Assembly: GCA_030390025.1 (NCBI GenBank)
Contig: CM059453.1
Span: forward strand, 7,936,001-8,000,000
Direction of reading: 5' to 3'
DNA length: 64,000 bases
Origin: Squalus acanthias
Taxonomy: Eukaryota
How positions within the stretch are numbered: position 1 is the first letter of the stretch; each line of letters opens with the position of its first letter. Below are positions 12,036 to 24,157 of the stretch, piece after piece. Both the position numbers and the translations under genes were made by a program. Under the pieces are notes generated by a model, which was not told the origin of the DNA, searched no databases, and saw nothing but the letters and a program-made list of their open reading frames with translations.

Positions 12036-13720
12036 AAACGCCTTTCTCCACCCATACAGTTTCTATTTCATGATCTTCCGAGCCGAGATCATTTTCCTCT
12101 AATGTCCTTATGTCATCCTTTATTATCAGGGCTACTCCCCCTCCTTTTCCATTCCGCCAGTCTTTTTGAAACTTCAAGTAGCCTGGAACATTTAGTTCCC
12201 AACCTTGGTCACCTTGCAACCACGTCTTTGTAATGGCTATTAGATCAAAAACATTTTATTCTATTTGTGCCATTAGTTCGTCTATCTTATTACGAATGCT
12301 TTGTGCTTTCAGATAAAGAGCCTAAATTTTTTTCACCATTATTCCCTGCTTTGACCTTATTCTCTGCTGCACTGCTCCCGTTAAACACTCTTGTCCCTTC
12401 CTGTCACACTCTGCTTATATTTACCCATTTCACTACACTGCTCTATTGCCTTGACCTTTCTGTTTAGATTTCTAAAATTCCCCGCACCTGACCCCCTCCC
12501 CCTTTTGTAGTGTAAAGCCCAATCTACAGCCCTAGTCAAGACGCTTGTCCCAGCCCGGTTTAGGTGGAGCCCTTCCCGAGGGAACAGCTCCCTCTTTCTC
12601 CAGTACTGATGCCAGTGCCCCATGAATTGAAATCCCTTCTTCCCACACCACATTCTGAGCCAAGCATTTAGGTATCCGATCTGCTTGACCCTATGCCAAT
12701 TTTAACGTGGCTCAGGTAGTAAACCAGAGATTTTACACTTGAGGTTGTGTTTAATAACTTAGACCCAAGCACTTCGAACTCCCTCAGCAGAAATAATTCT
12801 TTGTTCTACCTATGTCGCTGGGTCCTACATGGACCACGACAACTGGATCCTCCCCTTCCCACTCCAAATTCTTCTCCAGCCGCGTGGAGATATCCTTAAC
12901 CCTGGTATCGGGCAGGCAACACAGCCTTCGGGACTCTCTTTTACAGCTGCAGAGAACAGTATCTATCCCCCTGACTATACTGTCCCCTGCTACTACCACA
13001 TTCCTTCCTTCCCCACCCACTTGGATGGGCCCCTGTACCAAAGTGCCGTGGTCAGTTTGCCCATCCTCCTTGCAGTCCTTTTCCTCATCCTTACAGGTAG
13101 AAAGTACCTCGTACCTATTGGACAAGGCCCAGGGCTGAGGTTCATCCACCACTACATGCTGGGTCCCCATACCTTCCTGACTCGCAGTCATACCTTCATT
13201 TCCCTGACCACTGACGAACTCTAAAGTAGTACTGAACCGAAATGGTGTTGCTGCCATCTGGAACAAAGTGTCCAGGTAATTCTCCCCCTCCCTGATGCAT
13301 CGCAATGTCTGCAGCTCGTACTCCAGCTCAACAATTCTGAGCCGAAGTTCCTCGAGTTGCAGACACTTACCGCAGATGTGGTTGGTCAGAATCGCGATGC
13401 ACTCCAGAGAAGCCCACATGCTGCAGTTGCGACACACCAGCTGCCCTGTCATCTCTAACCTTGTTTTATTTATGAATTCATTAGTGAAAGCTTTTATTCA
13501 ATCGATATTTCAGTTTTATTGTTTCATTATTTTATCTAGGCTAAGTTTACAATTTAATAAGTATTGGAAGTTAGAATTTATCAGCTCTTAATTTAATGCC
13601 TTCCCTAACTTAGAGAGCAAAAAAGAGCTGAAATATTCAACAACCAATCGCCTACCTGCTCTCCTGTGACGTCACTCTGATTTTTTTGTAGTTTTTGATT
13701 CGGATCCTGGCCGCTGCCGC
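12036..13720 (-). mobile_element. CR1 LINE 5' portion: 5' UTR, ORF1 (zinc finger/leucine zipper + SGNH esterase), start of ORF2 endonuclease
   Basis: ORF 12784-13452 has CRNC..CGKC, coiled coil, GDSIVRG and VVVHVG; downstream GLHLN; then PGY...KGGGVALII endonuclease motif. Confidence 0.9.
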
Positions 13721-14837
13721 TTTTCTAAATGGCCGATCCCTCATCCTGAGACTATTCCCCCTAGTTCTAGATTCCCCCACGAGGGAAAACAGCCTCTCAG
13801 CATCTACCCTGTCAATCCCCCGCAGAATCTTATATGTTTCAATGAAATCACCTCTCATTCTTCTAAACTCCAGAGAGTATAGGCCCAATCTACTCCATCT
13901 CTTCTCATAGGACAACCGTCTCATCACACATATTGCTCCAGGAAATATATGGATTAATTGACTCCTCATTGGCTCGATGCAATTCCATACTGAGTTATTG
14001 CCTTGCTAGAAATTAGGGGAAAGTAAATTCTGATGAAGCTTTAAATGAATTGATTGTTCTAATCAAACTCGTTATGTGCAGTGTGTGCAGCTACTATCGT
14101 TTTGTGCAGTGATCTCTCTGCTTAATCTAAACGAAGAAATTGGTTCTATTTAGACACTGCAAACTGCTGTATGGAAACTATCTCAAGCTGGTTTCACTTT
14201 TTTTTTGATAAACCCACAATAGTATCAGGCCCGACCTGCACCAGCTCTGAGGGTGGGGTTCATTGTACCTGCAGTATCAGAGCCAATCCCCCAGCAAACA
14301 TCACCTGTGGCAACAATGGGAGAAACATCACTGCGAACAGTTCAGAAATCAATATCCTCTCCTTGGAGTTGAATAGTCACCTGGTGCAGAGCTCCCTGAA
14401 ACTGACTCACCCAACTGGAACTGGACACCTGATCTCATGTTTTGGAGTAAACGAGCATGGTGTTACTGTCAGAAAACATCAGCTCCAATCTGGAGGTATA
14501 TATTACATTTTCCTGTAATTTAATTACTGCGGATGGTTCTGTCCATCACCTGTAAGTGACTAACTGAACGGTGTTAGTGTCAGCATGTACCAGTTCCACT
14601 GAGCTGAAGTACCCTTCGTATCTGCAAAGTCGTACTGAATTCAATTGTATTTTCAGTATTGTTTGGGACTGGTTCCTAACTGAGCGCTACCTCGCTGATT
14701 GCTACGATGGGAATAATTCATGTAAAGTTTAGAATCTGGTATCTGAATTTGATTATTGTGGCCTTGTTTTTGTGAAGATAGGAGGGGTAATATAAAACAC
14801 TAGAAGCAGCGTGCGGTCTTTAATAAAATAGACCCTT

Positions 14838-15680
14838 TGTAAGAGGTATCTTAAGTGAGCGGTTCGAATCGACCAACACCCATCCGGTTCCTAGACTTTG
14901 GGCTTATTTAGGGGTTGTGAACAAAATTGCAGTAAACAGGTTCTGATGAAAGGAATTTACTTTATTAAAACAAAAAGGTAACAAACTTGAAACACACTTA
15001 TTACTTAAACAGAGTATCGGGGAACACACGGTACAAGCGAGGGAAATGACAATATATCAAACAAAACCTTATCCCTCCCAAATATCCCACTATCTGGCTA
15101 GGTTTTTGGTTTCAGGAGATCAGGGATAATGCTCACCAACGAGTCCTTGACAGGATATTAGAGTCTTTTTGTTTAAAAGGACTCCGGAAGGCCCTTATGG
15201 TTTCTTCTTGCGTGCTGGTCTTCTTCGTTGTGGCTTGTGGTAAGTTTTGCTGGAGCAGGGAGAGAGCTATGTCCGCGTCGACAGTCAGTCCAAAGAGAGA
15301 GATTATGGCACAGGCTTTCAAATTATACTGTTTCTTTTTCGCGCTCAAAAACCCCTTCCTAAAACGAATTCCTTTTTGAATGTAAATGACCCTTGCTTCG
15401 CCCAATTGTCTAGTATTTAGCGTGCCTGCCAGTTCTGATGGTTTTTGGTTAGTGTTAATCGCTTTCCGATTTAAACACCGCCTTATCTACGCGCCAAATC
15501 TTCACTCTATTGTCCTTCTGTTGGCGGGCTTTTAAATCGGTTCTCTGGATACCTGGTTGAATGTTTTTTGGATGGGATAATGGTTATGAAACTGTGCGAT
15601 CGATGTTATATTGTAATAAGTTATCGGCTCTTGTGATGATTGTGAATTTGCTGCAACAATTCAAAAAGAAACTGGACCAA
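14838..15680 (-). mobile_element. Probable LTR-like insertion (one end seen)
   Basis: Starts TGTAAG exactly where homology to copy B (~35235) stops; TTTATT polyA signal on the - strand ~14960; other end obscured by a CR1 fragment. Confidence 0.4.
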
Positions 15681-16125
15681 CATAAGAACATAAGAAACAG
15701 GAGCAGGAATAGGCCAATTGGCCCCTCGAGCCTTCTCTGCCATTCAATAAGATCATGGCTGATCTTGGGCTCAAAGCCACTTCCCTGCCCGCTCCCCATA
15801 ACCCTTCACTCCCTTATCTTGCAAAAATCTGTCTATCTCCACCTTAAATGTATTTATTGATCCAGCGTCCACAGCTCTCTGGGGCAGAGAATTCCACAGA
15901 TTTACGACCCTCTGAGAGAAGAAATTCCTCCTCATCTCAGTTCTAAAAGGGCGACCCTTTATTCTGAAACGATGCCCCCGAGTTCTAGACTTCCCCACCA
16001 CGGGAAACATCCTCTCTGCATCTACCTTGTCGAGCCCCCCGGCATCTTATATGTTTCAATAAGGTCATCTCATTCTTCTAAATTCCAATGAGTATCGGCC
16101 CAACCTGCTCAACCTTTCTTCATAA
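15681..16125 (-). mobile_element. CR1 3' fragment
   Basis: ORF 15771-16010 RTRGH...FFSQRVVNLWNSLPQ and 8-mer tail. Confidence 0.9.
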
Positions 16126-17351
16126 GTCATAAGGACGAATTCCTGAATTGGGCTAATATCAGTGTATACAAATCGTAGGTGAGATGTTGGGTGATCTACC
16201 TCATGGACACTGTTATCCACTTGGAACTCGTTTTGTTCATCTTCGGGGTCGGAGAAGAATTTTGCAGATTACTGAATTGGTCGAGTGCTGTTTACATATG
16301 TTTGCCTCCCGCGAGAGGTTGCAATGTGGTGAGAGGGAATACTGTCGTCATGGTGCATTGTTGCGTCTTGACTGTTTTGGATAGGCTCATTGACCAGTCG
16401 ATTATTTCCTGTTCGTCTTTTCAGACGACTGTATGTTCCAAAGCTCAGAATGAGTCCCTCCCTGAGTGAGAACAATGAAAAATGATCAGAGAAGCGAGAA
16501 AGAGGGTTATTCTGATCGAGGAAGCGCCCTCATACCCGTATCTCTTGCTCCCTCTCTTATCCACTCCTTTCTGTTACAGAGCCAAGACCAGTATCGAAAT
16601 ATTGCTATCAGATGATCTACATCCAGCAATCATCGCAGAGTGTAGAGGTTCTGCACGCAATCGGTGAATATTTGAAGTCTTCACAAACATGAAGGATATC
16701 TCCAGAATGAGGAGTCCAGTGTATTGACCGCGATTAAGCTTAAATCAAATCCAGCGGGATTTAATCCTTTTGGACTGTTGGAGCTCATCAATATCTCAAC
16801 ACAACCGGTTCATGAGATAGAAAAAAACCTCACATTCCAGGGATTGCTGTGAAAATGAGCATATTTCGCAGATTAATTGTTAGCATTTTTCAATTCTGCT
16901 TGTTGCTTTTTAAATTTACAATCCCGCACATGTTTTCATTCAAACCACATGTCTGAAATGCTTTGGGCTTTAAAGGTCAGAGTAACTTTGAAACAGTTTT
17001 TGATGTGCTTTAATAGAATAGCAGTCTTCCTAAGTAATGTTAACAGTGTTTTCATTGCAGAGCTCCCTCTGTTACATTCATAGACAACCCTGGCGATCAA
17101 CGATGAACCTCTCTATCGTCAGCTGGATTAATTTGTCAGCCTCTGCCAGCCCAGTATAATAAACCTTCACATCTCACTGCCAGTTCCCATCAGTTTCTTT
17201 TACAACAGCTGGACTTTTATCAACATTTGAATTCTATAAGAGACATTCAGAATCAGTTTACAGTGTAAGCAAAACATTATAAATAATGGATCTGGGTATT
17301 TTATCAAGTATTGCTGCACGCATTAGATTCCGCTCGTTATCAAACTGTACA

Positions 17352-17720
17352 GAACATAAGATCATAAGAAATAGGAGCAGGAGTAGGCCATTCGGCCCCT
17401 CGAGCCTGCTCCGCCATTCAATAAGATCATGGTTGATCTGATCTTGGTCTCAAATTCACTTTCCTGTCCGCTCTCCATCACCCTTGACTCCCCGATAGTT
17501 CAACAAACGGTCTATCTACACCTTTACTATATTCAATTACTCAGCCTCCATAGTTCTCTGGGGAAGAGAATTTCAAGATTCACGACCCTCTAAGAGAAGA
17601 AATTCCTCATCATCTCCGTTTTAAATGGGAGACATATTATTCTGAAACTATGACCCCTAGATCTAGATTCCTCCTCGAGGGGAAACACCCTCTCTGCTTC
17701 TACCCTGACAAGCCCCCTCA
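17352..17720 (-). mobile_element. CR1 3' fragment
   Basis: Same tail and ORF2 C-terminus as the other copies. Confidence 0.8.
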
Positions 17721-19089
17721 GAAAATTGATTCTTGTTCAAAAATGGCGAGGCCAGTGTTAGAAGAGGATCACGATGTAACACATAATTTGTCATTGTTTA
17801 GTGTATCCAATGCTTTATTAAAAAGTCATAAATTATTTCCCTTGTTATCTGTTACTTGAGCTCAGTGGAGCTGAGAGTGGAACACTTGACATACATTTAA
17901 AATAATCATCCAACTTTCCCCGGTCAGGCTCAGTGCAGTCAACTGAAGGAATAGTCTCCTGTTAAGGCTTCTGTACAACTACTGCAAATCATCCCCTTTT
18001 ATCTGTTTGTGGTCCTGACAGTGTGAATATTTCTGGGGGATTATATTTAGTTAGTGACATTGCAAATGCACATCGTGAACACTTCCCTCTTCAGTATCTC
18101 CACTGAAATCGCAAACGTTCCCTGGGTGTTATGATTGCAATAGAAATAAACCTTACCATGAGGGTCACACTGTGACTAAAACACAGCCACCGGAGGAATA
18201 TTCCGACAATCTGCTTCATATGACTCTCTGCTTCAGGTCAAGAGAGGCCAACCGAACAACTAAGATTATAAAATATGTTATAATAATAGGACTCTGGTTA
18301 TTTCTACCTCTTTGTCAGTGGTGCAATATCAGCTCACTTTTCACTATTGTCTGTCAGGTCAGTGGTATTTAGCATATATATTAGATTATGTATTTCCTCT
18401 GTTGTAAATTAGCACAACAATTCCGCTGGATTTCGGAGCATGGATATATGAGCGTGTCCCAAACCAGCATCCCCAGCTCCCAGTGCGAGATACAATGAAC
18501 AATCTTCATCTCCCCACCGTTATCAATTAGCCAACCATAATGTGAGATTCAATGGATGAGCCACTGGGCATCAGGGATAATCAATAACTGCTCCCACTGT
18601 ACGACACAATAGGTACATTACACATCGCCACAGGTAGTCGATTCAGACCACCCACTCTGAGATACAATGCGTGGTTCAGGTGCCCTCAGGAAAGTTCATT
18701 TGAAAGCACCGTCTGCAATATTCAATGGGAAATCTACATGTGTCCATTGGCAATCCACTAACTCCCGCCAATGTGAGATATATTGGGTGATGTACAACCT
18801 CTTATGAAAATCAAATTCAACATAGTGCCTTGAAGTATAAAACGTCCTGAAGCGCTTTCAGATTTTATAGCAAGAGAAGTACATTCCAAGACAGTGGAGA
18901 AAGTTTAAGAGATTTAGAGAGAGAGTAAATTGCAGGCTTGGACCAAAATATGACGTTGAAGGATGATAGAGAAATACAGAGGGGAAGTGGATATAATGGG
19001 GGGTTCCACAAGGCCTAGGCAACAGTAATTCCAGGGAACAAATGGTGGGATGCATGGAAAGGAGATATGCACATGACGCCACAATTATT

Positions 19090-19510
19090 TTTTATTCATT
19101 CATGTGATGTGGGCGTCGCTGACAAGGCCAGCATTGATTGCCCATACCTAATTGCCCTTGAGAAGGTGGCGTTGAGCCGCCTTCTTAATGGATGCAGTCT
19201 GTGTGGTGAAGTTACTCCCCTAGTGCTGTTAGGGATGGAGTTCCAGGATTTTGACCCAGCGACGATGAAGGAACGGCGATATAATTCCAAGTCAGGGTGT
19301 TGTGTGACTTGGAGGGGAACTTGGAGGTGGTTTTTCTCCATTGCGCCTGCTGCCCTACTCCTTCTAGGTGGAAGGGGCCTCTGGTTTGGGAGTTGCTGCC
19401 AAAAGAAGCCTTGGCGAGTTGCTGCAGTGCATCTTGTAGATGGTACACACTGCAGCCACGATACGCCGGTGGTGGAGGGAGTGAATATTTAAGGTGGTGT
19501 ATGGGGTGAC
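19090..19510 (-). mobile_element. LINE 3' fragment of a second family (also ~20875-21130 -, ~30530-31230 +, ~46570-47050)
   Basis: SFIVAGSKSWNS(I/L)P motif and shared 3' UTR; the 30.6-31.2 kb copy has VLEYSPLDW. Confidence 0.75.
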
Positions 19511-21284
19511 GATCAAACATGCAGAACACTGAAAGGTGATGGAATGTAAATTTTGGAAAAAAATTGCAGAGTATAAACGGAGAATTGTTATGACATGGAA
19601 TGCACTGCCTGAAGCTGTGATAGTATCAATTTCAATAGTATCTTTCTAAAGTGAACTGGAGTTATACTTTAAAAGGAATAATTTGCAGGGTCATGGAGAA
19701 AGAACAGGCGCGTGGGACTGACTGGATATCTCTTTCAAAGAGACGGCACAGGCACGATGGGGTGAATAATTACCTTCTGTACTGTAGTATTCTATGTTTC
19801 TACCAATAAACATCAGAACAGGAATGTTGGAGAGGCGGGCTAGTCGGGTTTCCTGAAACTCAGTGCAAAAATCAACAATAACTTATTTGCCATCACAGTC
19901 TAACAGATTGCAATGTTCCAATTCAATTTGAAAATCACCTTGATTTCCATAAAATCACACTGTGTTCCAAGCATCAAACAGAAGAATTTGCATGAAATGT
20001 CGCAACGAGTCACCTAAGCAAAACTCCACACTTTACTATAATTCAACTTAATACACCCAGACTCTGTATGCCAGTAAGAGCAGAGTGTCTTAACAAGAGG
20101 AATATAGCAAGCTTCAAAACTTGTTCTGCATGCGTTTAGCTTGGATAACAGAAGATTCATGGGCCTGGTCTCCAAAGTGATTGAAATGGCAGTTGGTGCT
20201 CTTCCTTCTATTGAGAGGATGTGTGGAAATCGACCAGATCACAATACGTGTCACATCTGTTGGTCAATGGTGGAAAGTGCATTGCATCAGGAAGAAGATA
20301 TTATCCAGCCATAGCTGCTTCGTTCTGCACACGCTGTAACAACTTTCGATAGTCTATGTTGGGAGGGTGAGGTTGACTCGGAGTTTATCTTGGCATGATA
20401 CAGGATGTCTGCCTCAGTTGGGCTCGTATGTGTCTGATGATACAGTGACAAATAGCCCATGTAATATCGGCGGTCGGCCACTGTGTGGCGCTGTTGGATT
20501 TAGACTCTTCTCTCAATCACACTGAGCATAAGGAACAAACATGACTTCAGGCTGCAGAAGGAATCAGAGAAATTGCAACAAATAGCAATTCAAAATGCAA
20601 TTGCAGATTTTCCAGCACTCTGAAAATCCAAGGAACAATTCAGCCATTAGTATTTCGCCATCCAGGCTAACCTGGGCCAGGCACTTAAAGATCAGTCAGG
20701 GCCCTCTCTCCGGTCTAACATCCCACATACACTCTTTATTAGGCTTGCAAGTTAAAAATGGGCAATTGTTTGAGGTACTGGTGGGAATGTATTTTAATAA
20801 TGGGCAACAATTTCACAACTGGGGCAGAATTGCAACATGGGAGGAAAATGGAAAAATAAAGGGGCATATTTTTAATTCATTCTTGGTATGTGGGCGTCAC
20901 TTGCAGGTCTTCGTTTATTGCCCATCCCTAGTTGCTCTTCAGAAGGTGGTGGTGAGCCTTTTTCTTGAACCGCTGCAGTCCGTGTGGCGAAGGTGCTCCC
21001 ACAGTGCTATGAGGGAGAGAGTTCCAGGATTTTGACCCAGCAATGTAGAAGGGACGGTTGTATATTTCCAAGTCAGGGTGGGTTGTGACTTGGATGGGAA
21101 CTTGGAGTTGATGGACCTCCAATGCACCTATTGTCCTGATATAGAGGGAGTGACATCTTCCTTGTATCTTACTTTCTGATGATAGGGATAAATGTACAAT
21201 CCCATTCTCCAAGCAGTGGGCCGAACATGCAGCGATGGTTGGTCAGAGAATCGCGCTCAGTGTTGCGGCATATCTCCGACCCGT

Positions 21285-22465
21285 CCTTTCAAAAGGCTTT
21301 CGATAAGGTCCTGAGTAAGAGATTAGCGTGTAAAGTTAAGGCACATGGGATTGAGGGCAAGGTATTGACTTAGATAGAGAACTGGTTGGCAGACAGAAAG
21401 CAAAGAGTTGGAATAAGCGGGTCTTTTTCCGAGTGGCAGGCAGTGATTTTGGGGTAACCCAGGGATCGGTCGTTGGACCCCAGCTATTCACAATATATAT
21501 TAATGATGTAGACAAGGGAACTCGATGTAATAACTCCAAGTTTGCAGACGACACAAAGCTGGCTGGGCGTGTGTGCTGTGAGGAGGATGCCGAGAAACTC
21601 CAGGATGATTTGGACAGGTTGGTGACTGGTCAGAAGCATGGCAGATGCAATATAAATGCGAGGTTATCCACTTTGGTGGCAAAAACAGGAAGGCAGATTA
21701 TTATCTGAATGGCAATAGATTGGGAGAAGGGGAAGTGCAATGAGACCTGGGTGTCCTTGTGCACTAGTTGCTGAAGGTAAGCATGCAGGTGCAGCAGGCG
21801 GTTAAGAAGGCAAATGGTATGTTGGCCTTCGTAGCGAGCGGGTTTGAGTACAGAAACAAGGATGTCTTGCTGCAGTTTTACAGGGCCTTGGTGAGACCCC
21901 ATCTTGAGTATTGTGAGCAGTTTTGGTCGCCTTATCTGAGGAAGGAGGTTCTTGCCATGGAAGGAGTTCAGCGAAGATTCACCAGGCTGATACTTGGGAT
22001 GGCAGGAATGACGTATGAGGAGAGATTGGGTCGATTGGGCTTGTATTCGCTTGAGTTTAGAGGAATGAGAGGGGATCTCATTGAAACTTATACAATTCTG
22101 ACAGGACTGGACAGATTAGATGCAGGAAGAATGTTCCCAATGATAGGAGAATCCAGAACCAGGGGTCACAGTCTAAGGATAAGGGGTAAGCCATTTAGGA
22201 CAGAAATGAGGAGGAATTTCTGCACCCAGAGAGTAGTCAACCTGTGGAATTCTCTAACACAGAAGGCAGTAGAGGCCAATTCATTAAATATATTCAAGAA
22301 GGAGTTGAATATATTTCTTAAGGCAAAAGGGATCAAGGGATATGGGGAGAAAGCAGGGACAGGGTTCTGAATTTGGATGATCAGCCATGAGCGCATTGAA
22401 TGGCAGAGCAGGCTAGAGCGGCCGAATGGCCTACTCCTGCTCCTATCTTCTATGATTCTATGTTT
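21285..22465 (+). mobile_element. CR1 ORF2 3' part
   Basis: FQKAFDKV, GVTQGSVVGPQLF, KFADDTKL, ORF 21768-22370 with LVRPHLEYC. Confidence 0.95.
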
Positions 22466-23230
22466 CCTGTAATTCATCTGTCAAATCTGAGCTCTCACTT
22501 TGCAGTACAGTTTAAACACAGAGCTGCAAACACAACAAGTCATTTCAAGATGCAGCATAGTGTATAAGCGGATGGTGCCTCACCACATATAAACTCATTC
22601 TGGTTCCATTGTCCAGAATGATTCACACCCAAGAACGTCACAGATAGCAGCAGCCTGACGGCTGTTGTAACCACAGCTACAGGGGCTCTAAATAGAACCC
22701 AGCACTGCACACCTCTGCGCTGGTGCTATACCGGCACACGGTGTAAGTAAATCCACCTCGGTGCAGCCACACTGAATGAGACACTGAGCAGACACCAAGG
22801 AACATTCTGTGTTAACCATGAACTTTGTCCCGAAGTTGACCACACATCACATCACCTGACGTTCTCAAAGCCAACTGGGTCTTGTTTGGGGCATAATTGA
22901 GCAGAGTGCATTGCACAAACCTCCACTCTGGGATTGACCAGACATTCGGCATCATCTGTGGTTAATACAAAACTGGGCCCTGGAGCTGAACACATATCCC
23001 TAATTGAGTCCGTAAAACCCAACTGGGCCCTGGATCTGCACAGACATTTCTCATCCAGACAGTCAAAACCAAGCGGTGGCCTGGATTGAACACACATTCA
23101 ATAAACTAGTCAAGAAACAACCAAAAGAAAAAGCAATAAAAAAACAAATTCAGTCCTCAATCTGAACACACATCCCTAAATGTGTCCATAAAACCTAAAG
23201 GGTCTCTGGGCCTGAACATATATTTTTATA

Positions 23231-23440
23231 CTGGTCACTAAAGCCAAGCTGAGACCTGGGTCTGAACACACATCCCTAAACTAGTCAGTAAACCAAGCTG
23301 AGATCTGGGTCTGAACACACATCCCTAAACTATTCAGTAAAGCCAAGCTGAGACCTGGGTCTGAACACACATCCCCAAACTAGTCAGTAAAGCCAAGCTG
23401 AGACCTGGGTCTGAACACACATCCCTAAACTAGTCAGTCA
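23231..23440 (+). repeat. 50-bp minisatellite (about 4 clean units, degenerate units out to ~22960-23620)
   Basis: CTAGTCAGTAAAGCCAAGCTGAGACCTGGGTCTGAACACACATCCCTAAA repeated; about 1.5-2 units at ~7440-7515 and ~58300-58380. Confidence 0.9.
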
Positions 23441-24157
23441 AACCAAACTTGGCCCGCAAAGTGAATAGAAAAACAAACAAACTGGGCCCTGGATCTGTAC
23501 CCAAGCCCAACAACACACACACACATAAAGCAACGGGTGTCCCCACTTATGCTATTATTATTTTATTTGTTTAACAAGAAAAACTGGGCCCTGGAACTGA
23601 ACACACATCCATAAACTAACCTGTAAATCCAGTCTGTGATATGGATCTTAGCACGCATTCCCTGTCTCCATCTTTCTCTGTCATATTCTCTCTCACAGGC
23701 TTTCTCTCTCTCACTCTTTATTCTGTAGAAAACCTAATAGATACCATGAACATTTGAACTTCAGAAGCTAAGATTCTTAAAGTAAATAGTGGCCTAATAT
23801 TTATGTTATTAAATAGAGTGTAAAAATGCTATTTAATAGTTACAGCAACAGGTAGTAATAGGAATTTACCAGGTGCAGCAAGAACTGTGAGAGTAGTTAA
23901 GTGGGGTAGAATTTGATATTGTCAGTGGCATAAAGAAATTAAGGGAACTGCTTAAATCAACAACAGGATCGTGCTTAAGAAATCCAGCAAAAAGCAAATA
24001 GAATACCTACAATGAGATAATAAATACATGACAAGAAATAGAAAATGAAGACTATTAATACAGTGTGAAGGAAATCAGTGCAATTTGGAATATCATAGGT
24101 GGTGGAAGTAGGTTGTGGCGGAGGGGTGGGCGTGGAGATTATTCCCGAGACACCAGA

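Larger units (their letters stand above)
10723..16745 (+). pseudogene. Siglec-like copy A, internally deleted pseudogene
   Basis: Leader 10723-10765 (MKSIRLISFLIFSE G|GT). Membrane-proximal Ig exon 14208-14495 with acceptor AG lost and W>C. Decayed terminal exon 16580-~16745 with stops and both tyrosines lost. V, Ig2, Ig3 and TM exons not found. Confidence 0.8.
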
